In this document: in pieces, positions 38,601-51,248 of the stretch
Position numbering within the stretch: the first letter of the stretch is position 1
Layout: every line of letters begins with the position of its first letter
Source of the DNA: Microbotryum violaceum
Lineage: Eukaryota
DNA length: 64,000 nucleotides
Direction: 5' to 3'
NCBI GenBank assembly: GCA_001244265.2
Contig: LN717261.1
Span: forward strand, 1,627,591-1,691,590
The notes under the pieces: model-generated
The model's database searches: none
The model's input: the letters and a program-made list of their open reading frames with translations, nothing else
Told to the model about the DNA's origin: nothing
Program-made: the position numbers and the translations under genes

Positions 38601-41440
38601 AAGGAGTTCGTCACTCCTCTCCTTGAGCAGGCGCCGTCTGGGGATCCGGTCACGGACCTTCAGCGCGTACTCTCGGAGTCTCGGGTCCAAGCTCTCGAGC
38701 TGTCTCGGCGTCTGTTTCGGGAGCGCAACGCCCTCGAGATGATGCTGGTATCTCGACTGCAGGACATTGAGTCTCGTCGGGTGCTGAGCCCCTTCGATAT
38801 TATCGACTGGACGAACACCCACGACGCTCTCACCAAACTTGTGAACGAGCGAGCAAGGCAGTCCCGGATCAGGGCGCACGTGCCCGAGATTGCATCGAGG
38901 AACGTCTCAGTCGTCCGGTACATGCCAAACTGGCTGCTCGGTCCCGGGATGTGAAGTTTCAGAGTATCCGGCTCGCTGATGGCGAGCTCACCACTGACAT
39001 TGAGCGCGCGCTCGAACACACCCATTCTCATTTCCAGCAGCACTACCTTGTCGAAGCGAAGGATCCGGAACAGGTCGTGACGATGCGGGATGAGCTCTTG
39101 GGACCCATCAGATCAGCAAGACCTTGTGACGACCCGCTTTCCGACGCTCGCTTCCTTCGGCGGTTCTCGAATTCGCACGTCGACATTCTGGCCGAGCCCA
39201 TCAGCGAGGCCGAGGTGCTCGCAGCGATTCGAACCACGCACGAAGGTCGATCTCCGGGTCCTTCAGGGGTCCCCTATGAGATGTATCGAGCCTGCCCCCT
39301 GCTTTGGGCCCCTCTCTTGACTCGAGCCTACAACGAGCTGATTACTCGAGGCTCCCTTACTCCACAACAGAGCCAGGCCAATGTGCGCCTCTTGTTCAAA
39401 CACAACAAACCTGGTGCAGCGCGGTGCGACCTCAAATCGTATCGTCCGATCACCTTGCGGGAATGCGACTACAAGATCTTCACCAAGGTCTACGTGGCTC
39501 GTCTGAACCGGATCCTCCCCGATGTTCTTCCGGCCGGACAGCATGGGTTCGTCAAGGGGCGAAGACCAGCGGACGCGGCTTTGCATCTGCGGCTCCTGAT
39601 CGATGAGATTAGGGGTCGTGGGGCAGAGTTCCCGACAGCAGCGCTCCTCTCCCTGGATCAGAGCTCGGCTTACGACATGGTCGAGCACGATTGGGTCTTT
39701 GCGGTGTTTGAGGCTCTCGGCGCGCCGGAACCTTTCCAGCGCGTCTTGCGGATGCTCTACAACGGCGAGACGTCCACAGCGCGGTACATTGTCAACGGTT
39801 TCCTCACCGAGACGGTGCGACTCCTGTGCGGTCTTGGCCAGGGCGATCCTCTCTCTTCTTCTGTCTGGGATGTGGTATTCCAACCCTTCCTTGATTCTCT
39901 CAGTCGACGCAACATTGCGCTGACTATCACTCTTCCGGAGCTGGCTCATCGTCCGCAGACTCGATGCATCACCAATTTGGCGTTCGCGGATGACGCCGTC
40001 GTCGCTGTTGCTGGGCCGGAAGCTATTGCTTCGCTCGAGGCGTTAGCTCGGGATTGGCGACTCGCGACGAACGGACGTCTAAACACCGACAAAACTGTGG
40101 TGATGCCATTGGGCGCGACGTTGTGGGATCGCGCGGACTTGTCCAAACTGTCGTTCGTGGCACCGGACGAGTCTCTTCCCTGGATCGGTCTCCAGTTTGC
40201 GCCTGACGGCAACAACAGGCTGGGATTCCATGATCTTGAGCGAAGGGTTGATCGAGTGATTCTATCGGTGCGCGACCGATGGATGACGCACCATACCCGG
40301 GCTTTCTATCTTAACCGCTACGGCATCTCCAAGGTGCTGCACTCTCTCTCCGCCGACATCCCGCCATCCGACGTGATCAAGTCGATCGAGCGCAAGCTTG
40401 CTGACTTTGTGAAGGGAGGCCCGCGGCGCAGCGACTACAAGCAATCGGTCGTCTTCACGGCACGGGCGCGAGGTGGTCTCAGCGTCGTGAGCATCCAAGA
40501 TGTGGTGGATTCAGTCTCGGTACGGATTTGGGACGTGCTGGCCGGCGGGTCAACTGCGATTTGGGGCGAGCTGGCTCGGAGTTCCATCCGGCGAGCGCTT
40601 CCAACCTTTGACTTTGCTACGGATCTGTGGACGTGGAGGAACGCCGACGCACCCCGGGAGCTACATCCCCGCTGGCGAGCGGTGCTCTCGGTCGCTGAAC
40701 GCTACCCTGCCGTCGTCGATCCTGCCAAACTTTCGGTCTCCAATTTTCTCTCTCTTTCTCCCCTCCAACCTGGTCTGCATGACTCGCGGGTGTTCTCGGA
40801 GCAGGATAAGCGTTTGGCGAAGCTTTTCAGTTTCGAACGCACCATCGCTGACATCTATGCGCGAGCCCAATACCCCGCAGCTCCAACGGTGCCCTGGACC
40901 CCTGAGAAGCATCCCCAAGGCGACGGCTCGGAGCTGTCCAACCTGTGGCAATGGAAGCGCGATCAAGTCCAGGCGTGGATCCAGGTCGCAGGCGATCGCT
41001 TCATCCCGCCGCTTCCGCCTCCTGTTCCCGTCCTCGCACGTCGACCACCCGTCATTCGTGTCGTTGGAGCACCTGGAGCCCGGGCCGGCGGTCCCCTCGA
41101 GCACATCTTGCCCAGAGCGACTCCGGTCGGCATGCCTGATCAAAGACTTCCTCTCCCCTCCGCCCCCTTGCTTGCTAATCAGTGGAGAATGTTGAGCTTG
41201 GACAGACCCTACACCATTGCGCGACTTCGACGCGTCATCAACCATCGACGTTTCGACGACACACAACGCCCTGGATCACTCGCCACACCCAAAGAAAGGC
41301 GACTCTTCTGGGGGTGGTTCCACACCGGGCCCGCCACGGCCCGCGAGCGCGAGGTGCACTTCAAGCTGGCGTACCACTTCACGCCAACGCGGAAGCGCCA
41401 GTTTGTGCAGCGGCATGGCGACTCGGCCTGCTGCCTTGTG
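35664..41440 (+). mobile_element. LINE-B: L1/Tx1-like non-LTR retrotransposon, 3'-truncated at the zinc finger. ORF1 35772-37752, ORF2 37752-~41440, with frameshifts.
   Basis: 5' UTR with (TCATCTT)n; APE motifs [54 protein letters not shown]. Paralogous to LINE-A. Confidence 0.92.
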
Positions 41441-41628
41441 CAGGGTACGGCGCTATCCTCGCGCCCAAGACTTGGCGAGGTTGCGATGGCCCTCCCTGGC
41501 GACCTTGGGACCGGGGCATAGTAGCGAAGGTTTGTTCTTGAATGAGTGTCACTAAAATTGGATGAGAGTGGGAGGGAGAAAGGAAGGGTTCGAGGGAGTG
41601 GCGCAGGATTATTTACGTGGTTTGATTT

Positions 41629-41703
41629 GTTGTTCAGCCCCTAATGCCGCTGGTCGAATGCCATACGGGCAAATTGGTTGTTCAGCCCCTAATGCCGCTG
41701 GTC
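41629..41703. repeat. 27-bp direct repeat GTTGTTCAGCCCCTAATGCCGCTGGTC x2
   Basis: Exact copies at 41629-41655 and 41677-41703. Confidence 0.9.
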
Positions 41704-42026
41704 AACTGCCGGAATGACACTCCACCGCCGGCGCACCGCATCACGTGACAAACGCCAGCCCTCGCGTCGCGCGTCAGGCGGAGCTCTGCTGTAGAAGCAA
41801 TATCATGCAAAGCCACGCGCTTGCGGTTCATTAAATGCAATATGAGTGGAAGCATTGGTTTATGTCAGCGAAGAAAAGAAAGGAAATACTGGGAGCGCTG
41901 TAGCTTCGTTGGAACGGCGCGGAAAATACAAAAGTCAACATAGGGCTTGTACATGACTTCTGATCGGAACCCCAACACCACAGGCAGGTGCGGCAGACAC
42001 AACAGTATGCTGGTACATCCACCACA

Positions 42027-42052
42027 GGCGGCCCTCCGGGCCGCCACCTAGT
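42027..42052 (+). mobile_element. Possible Helitron 3' terminus
   Basis: GC hairpin GGCGGCCC-TCC-GGGCCGCC followed by AC-CTAG|T. Confidence 0.45.
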
Positions 42053-42693
42053 TAAAAACAGCGATTTTAGGTACATTCCTTAACTCACACTTTTTTTTTA
42101 CTAGTTAGGGTAACAGGCGCTCCCACAAAGGCCCCCAAGAGTCGACCACCCGCATGTTGGCGATGTTGGTGCACGTTGGAGCCTGAGCGAGACCCTATCA
42201 CTGCAGCTGCGTATCGACGGCCAACATTGAGCACAACAACCGTCACGTTCCTTCCTCTGCAGCGCTTCGTTAGCCGATCAGTGCCCTCCATCGCGCTCAT
42301 ACTAGTATCAAAACCAACACCAAGTTTTAGTACCCCGGATCGCTTGCTCGCCCTGCCGGCCCGCCCGCCCAGTGGCCGACGAACGAGCCAAGCGCACTCG
42401 TCGCTCGAGCCTTCCCCCTCCACTCGAGGACGACCACGGCTACGACCACCGCATCTTGCAAGATTGGGCTTGTTTGTACAGATTAGCATACCATACACGC
42501 CCGCTTACCTTACCTCCGTACCCTACCTCTTGATACCTCCCGAGCGACGCGACCGCTACATTTGAGCTGATCTCGTCACGTGTGCCTGCGAACGCTTTTG
42601 ACCCACCCCGCGCTTGGTGCCTGGGCTGGCGATTGCCGTTGAACAACAACAAGCCACCACGACGCATCGGAGTGTACACCACCCCATCCAGCA

Positions 42694-45600
42694 ATGGCAA
42701 GGACCGAGCATGATCTAGGCGTCGCTCTGGACGGCTCGTTCGTCGAAACCACCTCGCGATCGGCTGCGCAGGCTTTAGCACAACACTACGCGAGCCAGGA
42801 CGGAGGACAGACCGTCTATTACGTCCAGGCGCGCGTCGAACCGAATGGCAAGACCATTTACCGTATCAGGTCAGTTAAGAACACGAACGCACAGTCGAAT
42901 GGGCCACTGGCGGCATCATTACACTACCCCCACGTCGGCGTTGGCCGAGGTGGTCGCCACAGCGCACGGACTGACTCTAGATTGTCTCACCTTTCGGGAC
43001 ATTTACTAGACCACGATCCCAGCCTACGCCGGCTCTTGCATCGACCTCGGAAGCAAGTAGCGGCTCTGCAACAGCTTCAACCTCCCAAGTCCCTGCAAAA
43101 TGCTCCGCTTCCTCCGAAGCACCAGCTCCAATGATCGCCCTTCATACCCCATCGCCTCGCAAGCCGACACCTCGCTCCGGGCCTACACAACGACTGGAAC
43201 GGTACCCACAACAAACCGCATCGGACAACGAAGGTCTCTCGCCTTATTTCAAGTCCTCCACCGTCATGGCTCTCCAGCGCTCGGGAAGTCAACCAACCCT
43301 CGGCGCCGCACGATCGCAAAGTCACGGCTGGAAGTCCACGACGATTCGAACTGCATCGCGGGAGCAGAGCGATGTACTGGGGAGGATACTGGGATGGAGC
43401 ACGAGCGGCACGGCTCATCTTGGGTTCACCCCTGGGACCGAGACGAGGTCCAACGTGAATGACGAGGACAAGAGTGATCTGCCGCAAGATTGTAAGTGGA
43501 GAAGCGCGCTTGTCATCTCACGGCACGGGGAATGTCAGCTTAGCGATTTGATTCGTTGTCGTGCATGGCTTGTCCCAGTAGTCGATGAACTTGAAGGCCG
43601 TGCACCACCAGCGACGCCGCAATACCGTGAGCCAAGTCCGTCTTCGAGCACCCCTTTCGGCGCCGGCGTGCGACTGGCCGAAGGTTCGCTCCATCCTCGA
43701 AGCCCAGCATCTGATACCGCCTCGCCTCTCCCTGTTCTTCTCCTTGCCGACCCGCCTCGGCGCCGCGAGATGCGAGAAGTGGCTTCGAGCGATTCGATTC
43801 GAACCGCCAAAGCCGTGGACGACCGGCTCCCAATGCCTTCACCGCATCAGTCGCGCTACAAGGACTGGACGGCCTACGATCTGCTTCAGAACCTAGATAC
43901 CCTCGATCATCATTCACTGCCCCGAGAACCAATCTTCCGGTTTGGTCGTCACCCTGCCGCCTCGTCGGCCTCTGTAGGCTCCTCGGCCTCGGACATCTCG
44001 AGAACGACGGGGCAAGATATCACGGTGCTCTCGACTCCTGGAGATGATCCGCGCTTCGTTATTTGGGGAGTCAAAGATCAAAGAGGACATGCACGAGTCG
44101 CGTCCAAGCCGTCTGAAGACAGTCGGGTCAATGTTGCAAGTTCCGACGGGGGTCAACGCCGAGGTAGCATTGCTCCCGCGCCGGCCGTCGCGAGCCCCGT
44201 CATGAGCAGCCCTGCTACAGCCTCGTCGTCGAGTCGGTGGAGCCTCAGTCAACCCCACCACCAGAGCGAGTCGCCCGGCACCTCGGTTCGAAACTCAGTC
44301 GGCTCACAGTCCTCGATTCAATCCCCTCTCTCGTCGTCCATGACGGGCCGCTCCGCGCCCGGCAGTTTCGCCCCTCCCCAGCGTGTGCTCATGGCCGCGA
44401 CTGTCGAACGCCTCGTCGCCGAACTGACGAGCAAGATCGAGGTCGAACTGCTGGCCAGCTTCTTCCTCACTTACCGCACATACCTTCAACCCGTTCACCT
44501 TCTTCAAGCTTTTACTACTCGTTTTGATTGGGCAATGCAACCGCCCTCATCGCCCGCTGACGATGCAGCACGACGAATTGTTCGCGTACGCACCTTTGTC
44601 GTCATTCGCTATTGGCTCCTGAACCACTTTGTGCTCGATTTCTACCCCGATCGAGAATTGAGAACGACGTTGACGGTGTGGCTGAATAAAAGAGGTCGAG
44701 ACGAAGCGATCAGGAACAATCCGAAAGATCAACGTTTGATCAAAGGACTCAAGAAGCTCGTGCGACGGCTCAAGGACATGCACGCCGTACTTGGGCCGAC
44801 AGACACGATTGAAGCTCGCGCCGCGATCGCTAGACAATCAACTGACCTGCCGCCCATGCCCAAGTCGCCCGCCCTGTCAGATGAAGATGTTGATCTCGAT
44901 GTCGTCCCCGCCATGGGGTCTGGCCCAACCGCTCCCAAGGAGTTTGGAGGAGCGCCTCGTGATCGATCTCGGTTGCCCACCTCCTCGGCCAAGGACAAGC
45001 TCACGACGAGACCGACATCGCTGATCCCTCTACCTGGAGGGCAATCTGCCGTAGCACGATCCATCAACAATGCCTTGGGGACGATCGGCCGCTTCAAGCG
45101 CATGCTCGGCAATCGTGCCCACGTTGCCCAAGCCTCATCCAGTTCCTTGAATCCATCAGCGAGCGCAGAGGCGGTCGAGGTGGTCGAATACGAGCAGCAT
45201 GACACAGGTGATCTGTTGTGGATCAAGGACGGCCTCGATCGGTACCTTGATTTTTACAACATACCCCGTGACGTTGCTGATCCAGAGGATATATCAAGTG
45301 GAGAGGTGCAATCGCAGCACGTCGAGGCGGGCTCGTTACAGCCGGTCGCAGAGCTCGAAGGTGATCAGCTCGACGCTTCAGAGTCGGATCAAGCACCTTC
45401 GGTCACCGCACCTCACGAATCGCTACCCGTCGAAAGCGCACCCGCGACCCACGTCATCGGTTGCGCAGGACCTGACGAATCTGCATCTCAGGGCCGCTGG
45501 CCGAGTTCAGTCTCTTCGACTGATCCGGACTTTCCTCACAAACCACCAAATACCCTTTTCTTCCCACCTTCGTCGATTCCGATCTTTGAACCTGCTTCCT

Positions 45601-47587
45601 ACAACGAGTACGACTCCTCTCGATCCGGTTGTCTCGAACTCGACGACGTCGATCTGTCAGATGAGGATGACGATGTCGTCGAAGTCAAGAGGACGCTCAA
45701 ACGGTTGCCCGGAGCGGCGAATCTGCGCCTCGCTACGAGTGTACCTCGAAAACCGACCGCCCACCATCGTTTGTCGACTGAGACGGTCTCTTCGTATGGC
45801 TCACCATGCCGACCATCGTTCGAGGGCCACGATCGAGAATCGATGATGGTCTCGTGGGTCGATGACGAAGTCAGTGGTGCTGAACCAGGGGTTTTGCCTG
45901 GCCTCGAAGGTTTCTTGCTCGATGGTTTAGTCGAGTCGGACGAGGAGGAACCCGGGGATATCGAAGCCGCTCTGAGACGACTGGAAGGTATCGTCGACGA
46001 TTCCCGCGAGCGGAAGAAGGCGGAAAGGGTCGAGGAACAGATGGTCAAAAGCGAGCGGAAGAAGCAAGGTCTACCCTGGCTCGCGACTGCAAGTCAGGAC
46101 GGGCCGTCCGCCAACGGGGAACCTCGCGACTCTGTTTCGACGTCAGCTTCTCTTTCGGTGTCGGTCGAGCAGCCGGTGTCTCCGACCTCAACTAATCTCG
46201 AAGCTTGCGAGATTGCTATTGTGGCTTCAGATGTGGTATCTCTCAACTCCTCGAACCCTTCACAACCCTCTGACGATCATCCCGTAGCGGCCAGCCCTAA
46301 TCGCACCGTATCACGCCAACTCCGTGCTGTGCCGCGCAAAGCTTCGATCGGCAATCTTCTGGCCAGGACTCCTGCTCGTGCCTCGACCCGTGCTGCTGCT
46401 GGTCCCCGTGGTCCCCAAGCCTCCGCAGGGCCTGCACCGCCACGACATCGTTCGTTCCTGTTGCACTGCCGCACCGAAGTAATTGCCCAACAATTCTACC
46501 TCATCGAACGCGACATGCTCCGAGTACTCGCTTGGCCCGAATTGGTTAGTGGGGCTTGGCGAGATCGCTCGCAGCCTCAAATCGAGGTGCTGGACTGGGA
46601 GGCGCATGTGAAGGAACGTCGTCGGGTTGAGATACTCGCCAAGGAGAGTGGAGAGAGCAAATCGTCTTCGGCGGTACAAGCCGTGATTGCTAGGTTCAAC
46701 CTGACTGCTAATTGGGTTGCTTCCGAGGTACGTTCAATTCGATTCGAGCGATTCGCAGAGCTGTGCTCATTCCCAATTCTCTCATTCTACAGATTTTGCT
46801 CACGGCCAACCCAGACGAGCGAGTCGCGCTCATCGCCAAATTCATCCGACTCGCCTTCAAGTGCTACTGCCAGTCAAACTTTCAAACTCTGACCCAGATC
46901 ATCCATGGGCTGCAGCTGCATGACGTCGAGCGACTCAACAAAACGTGGGCTCGCGTGCCCTCGTGGGAGATGCGCAAGTTCCGCGGCATGCAAGTCTTTG
47001 TTTCGCACCTCAAGAACTTCAAGCACTTGCGCGAAGTGACCAAAGCCCTCATATCCGAGTATGGTCCCCCTGGTCAACGGAGACCCTTGTCGGCCAACGA
47101 TCCTTACCGAAGCGTCAAAGGCACCGAGGGAGCCCCTGTGCCTCTCGGGTGTATCCCTTTCCTCGGTGAGTCGCTGGTCATTGTTCATGGTGCTTGGGAT
47201 CTCTGAAAGGGACTGACATGGGCCTGTTTGGGTACAGGCCTCTTCCTTCGCGACTTGACGATGAACGCCGAACTGCCCACTTTCCTCGACCCGTCCTCGA
47301 CCGATACACCTGCTGAAGTTGATGCCGAAGGGACGCTGGTCTCGCTCGCCGACCCGAACGCCTTCAATTCGCTTGCACCTCTCCCACCCTCCTTACGCAT
47401 GCGACCCCTGGTGAACGTGCACAAGTTCCGAGTGCAAGCGCGCATCGTTCAAGACGTGCTCGCGGCGATGGAGTTCGCCGAGAGTTACCCTTACGACCCC
47501 GATGCCCGTTGGTACCTCAAGTGCTTGAAGCTTCGGGCTTTGTCCTCCGATGTGATGAGCGAACTGTCGCGTCGACTCGAGCCCTGA
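42694..47587 (+). CDS. Ras guanine-nucleotide exchange factor (REM plus CDC25 domain, LTE1-like architecture), multi-exon
   Basis: REM: MAATVERLVAELT..FFLTYRTYL..VRTFVVIRYWLLNHF. CDC25: IAQQFYLIE..ARFNLTANWVASE|IL..IAKFIRLA..NFQTL..CIPFLG|LFLRDL..LVNVHKFR. First intron 42870-43009 keeps frame. Confidence 0.9.
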
Positions 47588-48246
47588 GCTGCACGGCGGA
47601 ATCGAGTTCGAGCTTGAGCTTGAGCTTCTGAGCTTGATCAAGCTTCGGGACGATACCGCTCCCTGTCCCGTCTGTACAACATTGTCCGTCTTTTTGCATC
47701 CAGTCTTGAAGTATGTACGTATATCTACGCTTGCTTTGTGCATATTTTCGGCTCCTGCTTCTCTTGTTGCTCGATTTGTAGCAGCACGTTTCTCACTCGT
47801 TTCACAAGGGTCAGCACAGTCGTGACGCGTTCGTTTCTCCCACAAACACTAGCTTCGTTCGTTCGTTTAGTTCTGACGCCTGTGATGGCCCGCTCTCCTT
47901 GGATCTTCTGGGCTACTTGTTAATGATGTTGGTGGCGAAGCTACGAGCCGGGAGCATGCATGATTCTTATGAGAGAGGAGCTTGAACAGCGGATATATGC
48001 GGGTCTCGCGCGCGTCCGTTTCGTCTTGAAACACCCCCCCCTTGTGTGACATTTCCGGCGCCAGCGTGTAGGGAATTGGCGGTCGCTTGACCTTTCGGCG
48101 AGATTTCCTTCCTTGGGGATCAATAAAATCGGTGGCAAAGGTCGCTCCAATTTCAGCTGTTGCCCAGGCATCCGAAGACCGCCTTGTTTGCCCACCCTGA
48201 AACCGACGTCGTCCTAATCCCACGCACTGCCACCTGCAGAGGGTCT

Positions 48247-49133
48247 ATGAGTCACTTGAACGTGGCGATGGCCGTGCTTATAGGGCTAGGTATGGTCGTA
48301 GTCGGTTCTTTCCTACTCTGCAGCATCATGTTCGTCACGACTAGGCACCATTCGGCGATCGATCGTCGCCTCGTGGCCGTTGAGAACGGTCTGTCCGTCC
48401 CTAGCCACTTATCCTCTGTACGTTCCTTGGCGTGTGGGCCTGAGCGTGCTTTACCTCCCTCTGACTCCACCCTTTCCATCATCCACACAATATCGGAATA
48501 AACTCTTCATTTCATCATCCAACTCAGGACGACCCCTCTGACCCAACACTGCCTCATCTGCGACCGCCCGTCGACAACATGGATGCCGCCCCTGAGGTGG
48601 ACGCCCCATCGTCGACCCCCTATCGGCAAGCCGAGCCCGAACATCCTTTCCAGCCTCAACTCCCTTCCGAATACCTCTTCGCCCGTTCCCGACTATACCC
48701 ATCCCTTTCCTCCTCCCCCTCTGTACTATTTCAAGGCTGCATCCCTATCCCACCGAGTTACGACCCGAATAGGAGGCGATTGCCCAGCTACGAAGACGTG
48801 ATGGGTGCCTCCGCCCCGGCAGAGGTGGTCGTCATCTCGGAGACGGTCGTGACGACTCGACAACGATCGGCGGTGATGCTCACGGGGAATCGAGACGAGG
48901 TGACGACGACGAGAAGGACGACGATGGTTGAACAAACGGGGGCGGGAGAATCAGGTCGCACCAGTGGAGAGCTGAGTACGGACGATTATGGGCAGGCGAC
49001 GGATGATGATGCCGAGTCGGTGAAAAGTGCCGATGCGCCTCCGGGGGTCGACGACGAGGACGACGACGACGAGGACCCGATTGGCGAGCTCATCCGCCGA
49101 GGGGCTGCGACGGTGATACATCTGGGCTCGTGA
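48247..49133 (+). CDS. Small single-pass membrane protein with PY-like motifs (PPSY, LPSY)
   Basis: N-terminal hydrophobic helix; phase-0 intron 48418-48527 joins it in frame to the 48579 ORF. Confidence 0.7.
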
Positions 49134-49553
49134 GATTGGGTGAAAAGGAGTCCACTTTGTACCTAGTATCACCATTACAAGAGCATACCAATATATGGAC
49201 CCGTTGTCTATTAAATTTCTTGAGCCCCAGCTTTCGGGGTATGCTACGAGGCAATTGCGGTAAAATCTTGCTGCTCACATCATGCCTGACTAGAAGTTGT
49301 ACCTGCGAGAGACGCTTTTCGCTGATGTAGCTCGGTTTTACGAGTCGAATTTCGGTGACATGGAAACAAAAATCCGGAACACGAGTCACCCCGAGCAAAA
49401 GCTGTGCAGTGAGCGATCGTCGCGAGACTGCTGGGTGGAGCTCCCCTTGCCTTCTAACCCCATCCTCCCCATCCCGACCACCCCGACTGGACCGCTTTCC
49501 ATCGGAGAAAGCTTGCGCCGCTCCTCTCTTCTGCGAACCAAACGCGACAAACG

Positions 49554-50928
49554 ATGCGAGTCGCTCGAACGCTGCTGCAACAGCGACAGCACGGCTCCCC
49601 CTTGGCGTATGCGACGCAGCTGGTGCGCAAGACGGACCTCGACTCGCTGTGGTCGGTGCTCGCGTACCCCCAGAGCGTGCGGCCGGCGTATCTGTGTCTG
49701 CGCGCCTTCAACGTCGAGCTTGCGAAGATCGACGACCAGGTCTCGAATCCAATCGTAGGCAGGATGAGGTATCAGTGGTGGAGGGACACGATCAAGCAGA
49801 CCTTCGAGGTCAGTTCGACTCGTGATCCGATACGATGCGATGCGATGCGATGCGTGGATGCTGCGAAGGCGCGATCACGGCGTCAGCGTCAGTAGGGTCG
49901 ATCACTTATCTGCACCCCTTCACCGATAGCATCGACCACCCAACCATCCCATCGCCCAGCTATTGCATTCACTGCCCCAGTTCGACCAGCTGTCGGCGTA
50001 TCACTTGCTACGCATCATCAATGCGCGCGAGCAGCACTTTCTCAACCCCCACTTCCACTCGCTCCAGGACCTCGCAGAGTACTCGGCCTCGACCCAGTCC
50101 TCGTTGCTGTACCTTCTCCTCCAAGCCACGGCCACATCCACAAGCTCACCCCATCCCTCTTCACCAGGCGCTTTGTTGACGGGGAAGCGACACGAGAAGC
50201 TATTTGAGCACGTCGGCCATGAACACGACCATGACCACGACCCCACTTCTTCCTCCGCTCGGACGTCATCCGGCACGAGTACGAAACAGGTCGACGACTT
50301 GACCTTGGACCATGCAGCGAGTCACATTGCCGTGACGAACACCATCGCTACTTTACTCCGGTCGATCCCACACCATGCGCAAAAGAGAATAAATGTCATT
50401 CCCACCGAGATTGGTCAGTCGATGAAGAAAGGAGTGCCCACCGTTCGTGACATGGACTTCCGCCATTTGTCTGACCGCTCTCATTTCGTGATCCCCTCAG
50501 CCTCGAGATACGATGTCAAAGAAGAAGCTCTATTTCGGCAAGGCCCCTCCACACCGGGGTTGAAAGAAGCCGTCGCGACCATGGTCGGAATCGCTTATGC
50601 CGAGCTGAGGACCGCGAGGAGTTGTTTCAACGACACAACTGGAATACCCAAAAGGGCCAGACCTGTATTCCTGTCTCTTGTAAGTGCTAACTCGTAGAAC
50701 GCAACAGATGTATCCCGTGCACCGATGATACGCTGCATCGGCGTGCCCGCGTGCTGATCTTCTCGCTGTCTTGAAATTTCACACCAGACTCCCGCACGCT
50801 CGTGGCTCGATCGACTTGCCAAGGAAGATGGTGACAAAGCCTTTGAGGTCTTCAATCCTCGCGTCTTGCGCACAGATTGGAAGCTACCTGTCCAAATTTG
50901 GCGAGATTCGAGGAGGGCCCTTTTCTGA
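49554..50928 (+). CDS. NDUFAF6: NDUFAF6-like complex I assembly factor (squalene/phytoene synthase fold)
   Basis: LRAFNVELAKI..GRMRYQWWRD, HPTI, LAEYSASTQSSLLYL, HAASHIAV..LLRSIP, C-terminus DWKLPVQIW..; stop at 50926-50928. Confidence 0.85.
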
Positions 50929-51248
50929 TCGATTTTCTACACGCGACGTGATGCCGAAACAGCCCTACTAGAGGCGGCGTGATGGTCGTTCGAGTGAGCG
51001 AACGTGTAACGATGTTATGTTGTTCCGGTTTCGCATGCATTGCAACAGAGATGTAATCGAGTATGAAATTCCGCTTGAGGCAGTGAAGACCCACGGAGAG
51101 ATGGGTGATGAGCAGTGCCTACAGTAGCATTCTAGATATGGAAATAAGACAACGGGGGTTCGTGAGTAAGAACGCGATTACAAACTGAATGGATAGCACA
51201 GCGTGGTTAAGGGAGAAGGGATCGGCCGACAAGTGGAGTCGAGAAGAC

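Noticed and set aside
41629-41703. 27-bp repeat with 21-bp spacer as a CRISPR-like array
   Set aside because: Only two units, eukaryotic context, no cas genes.
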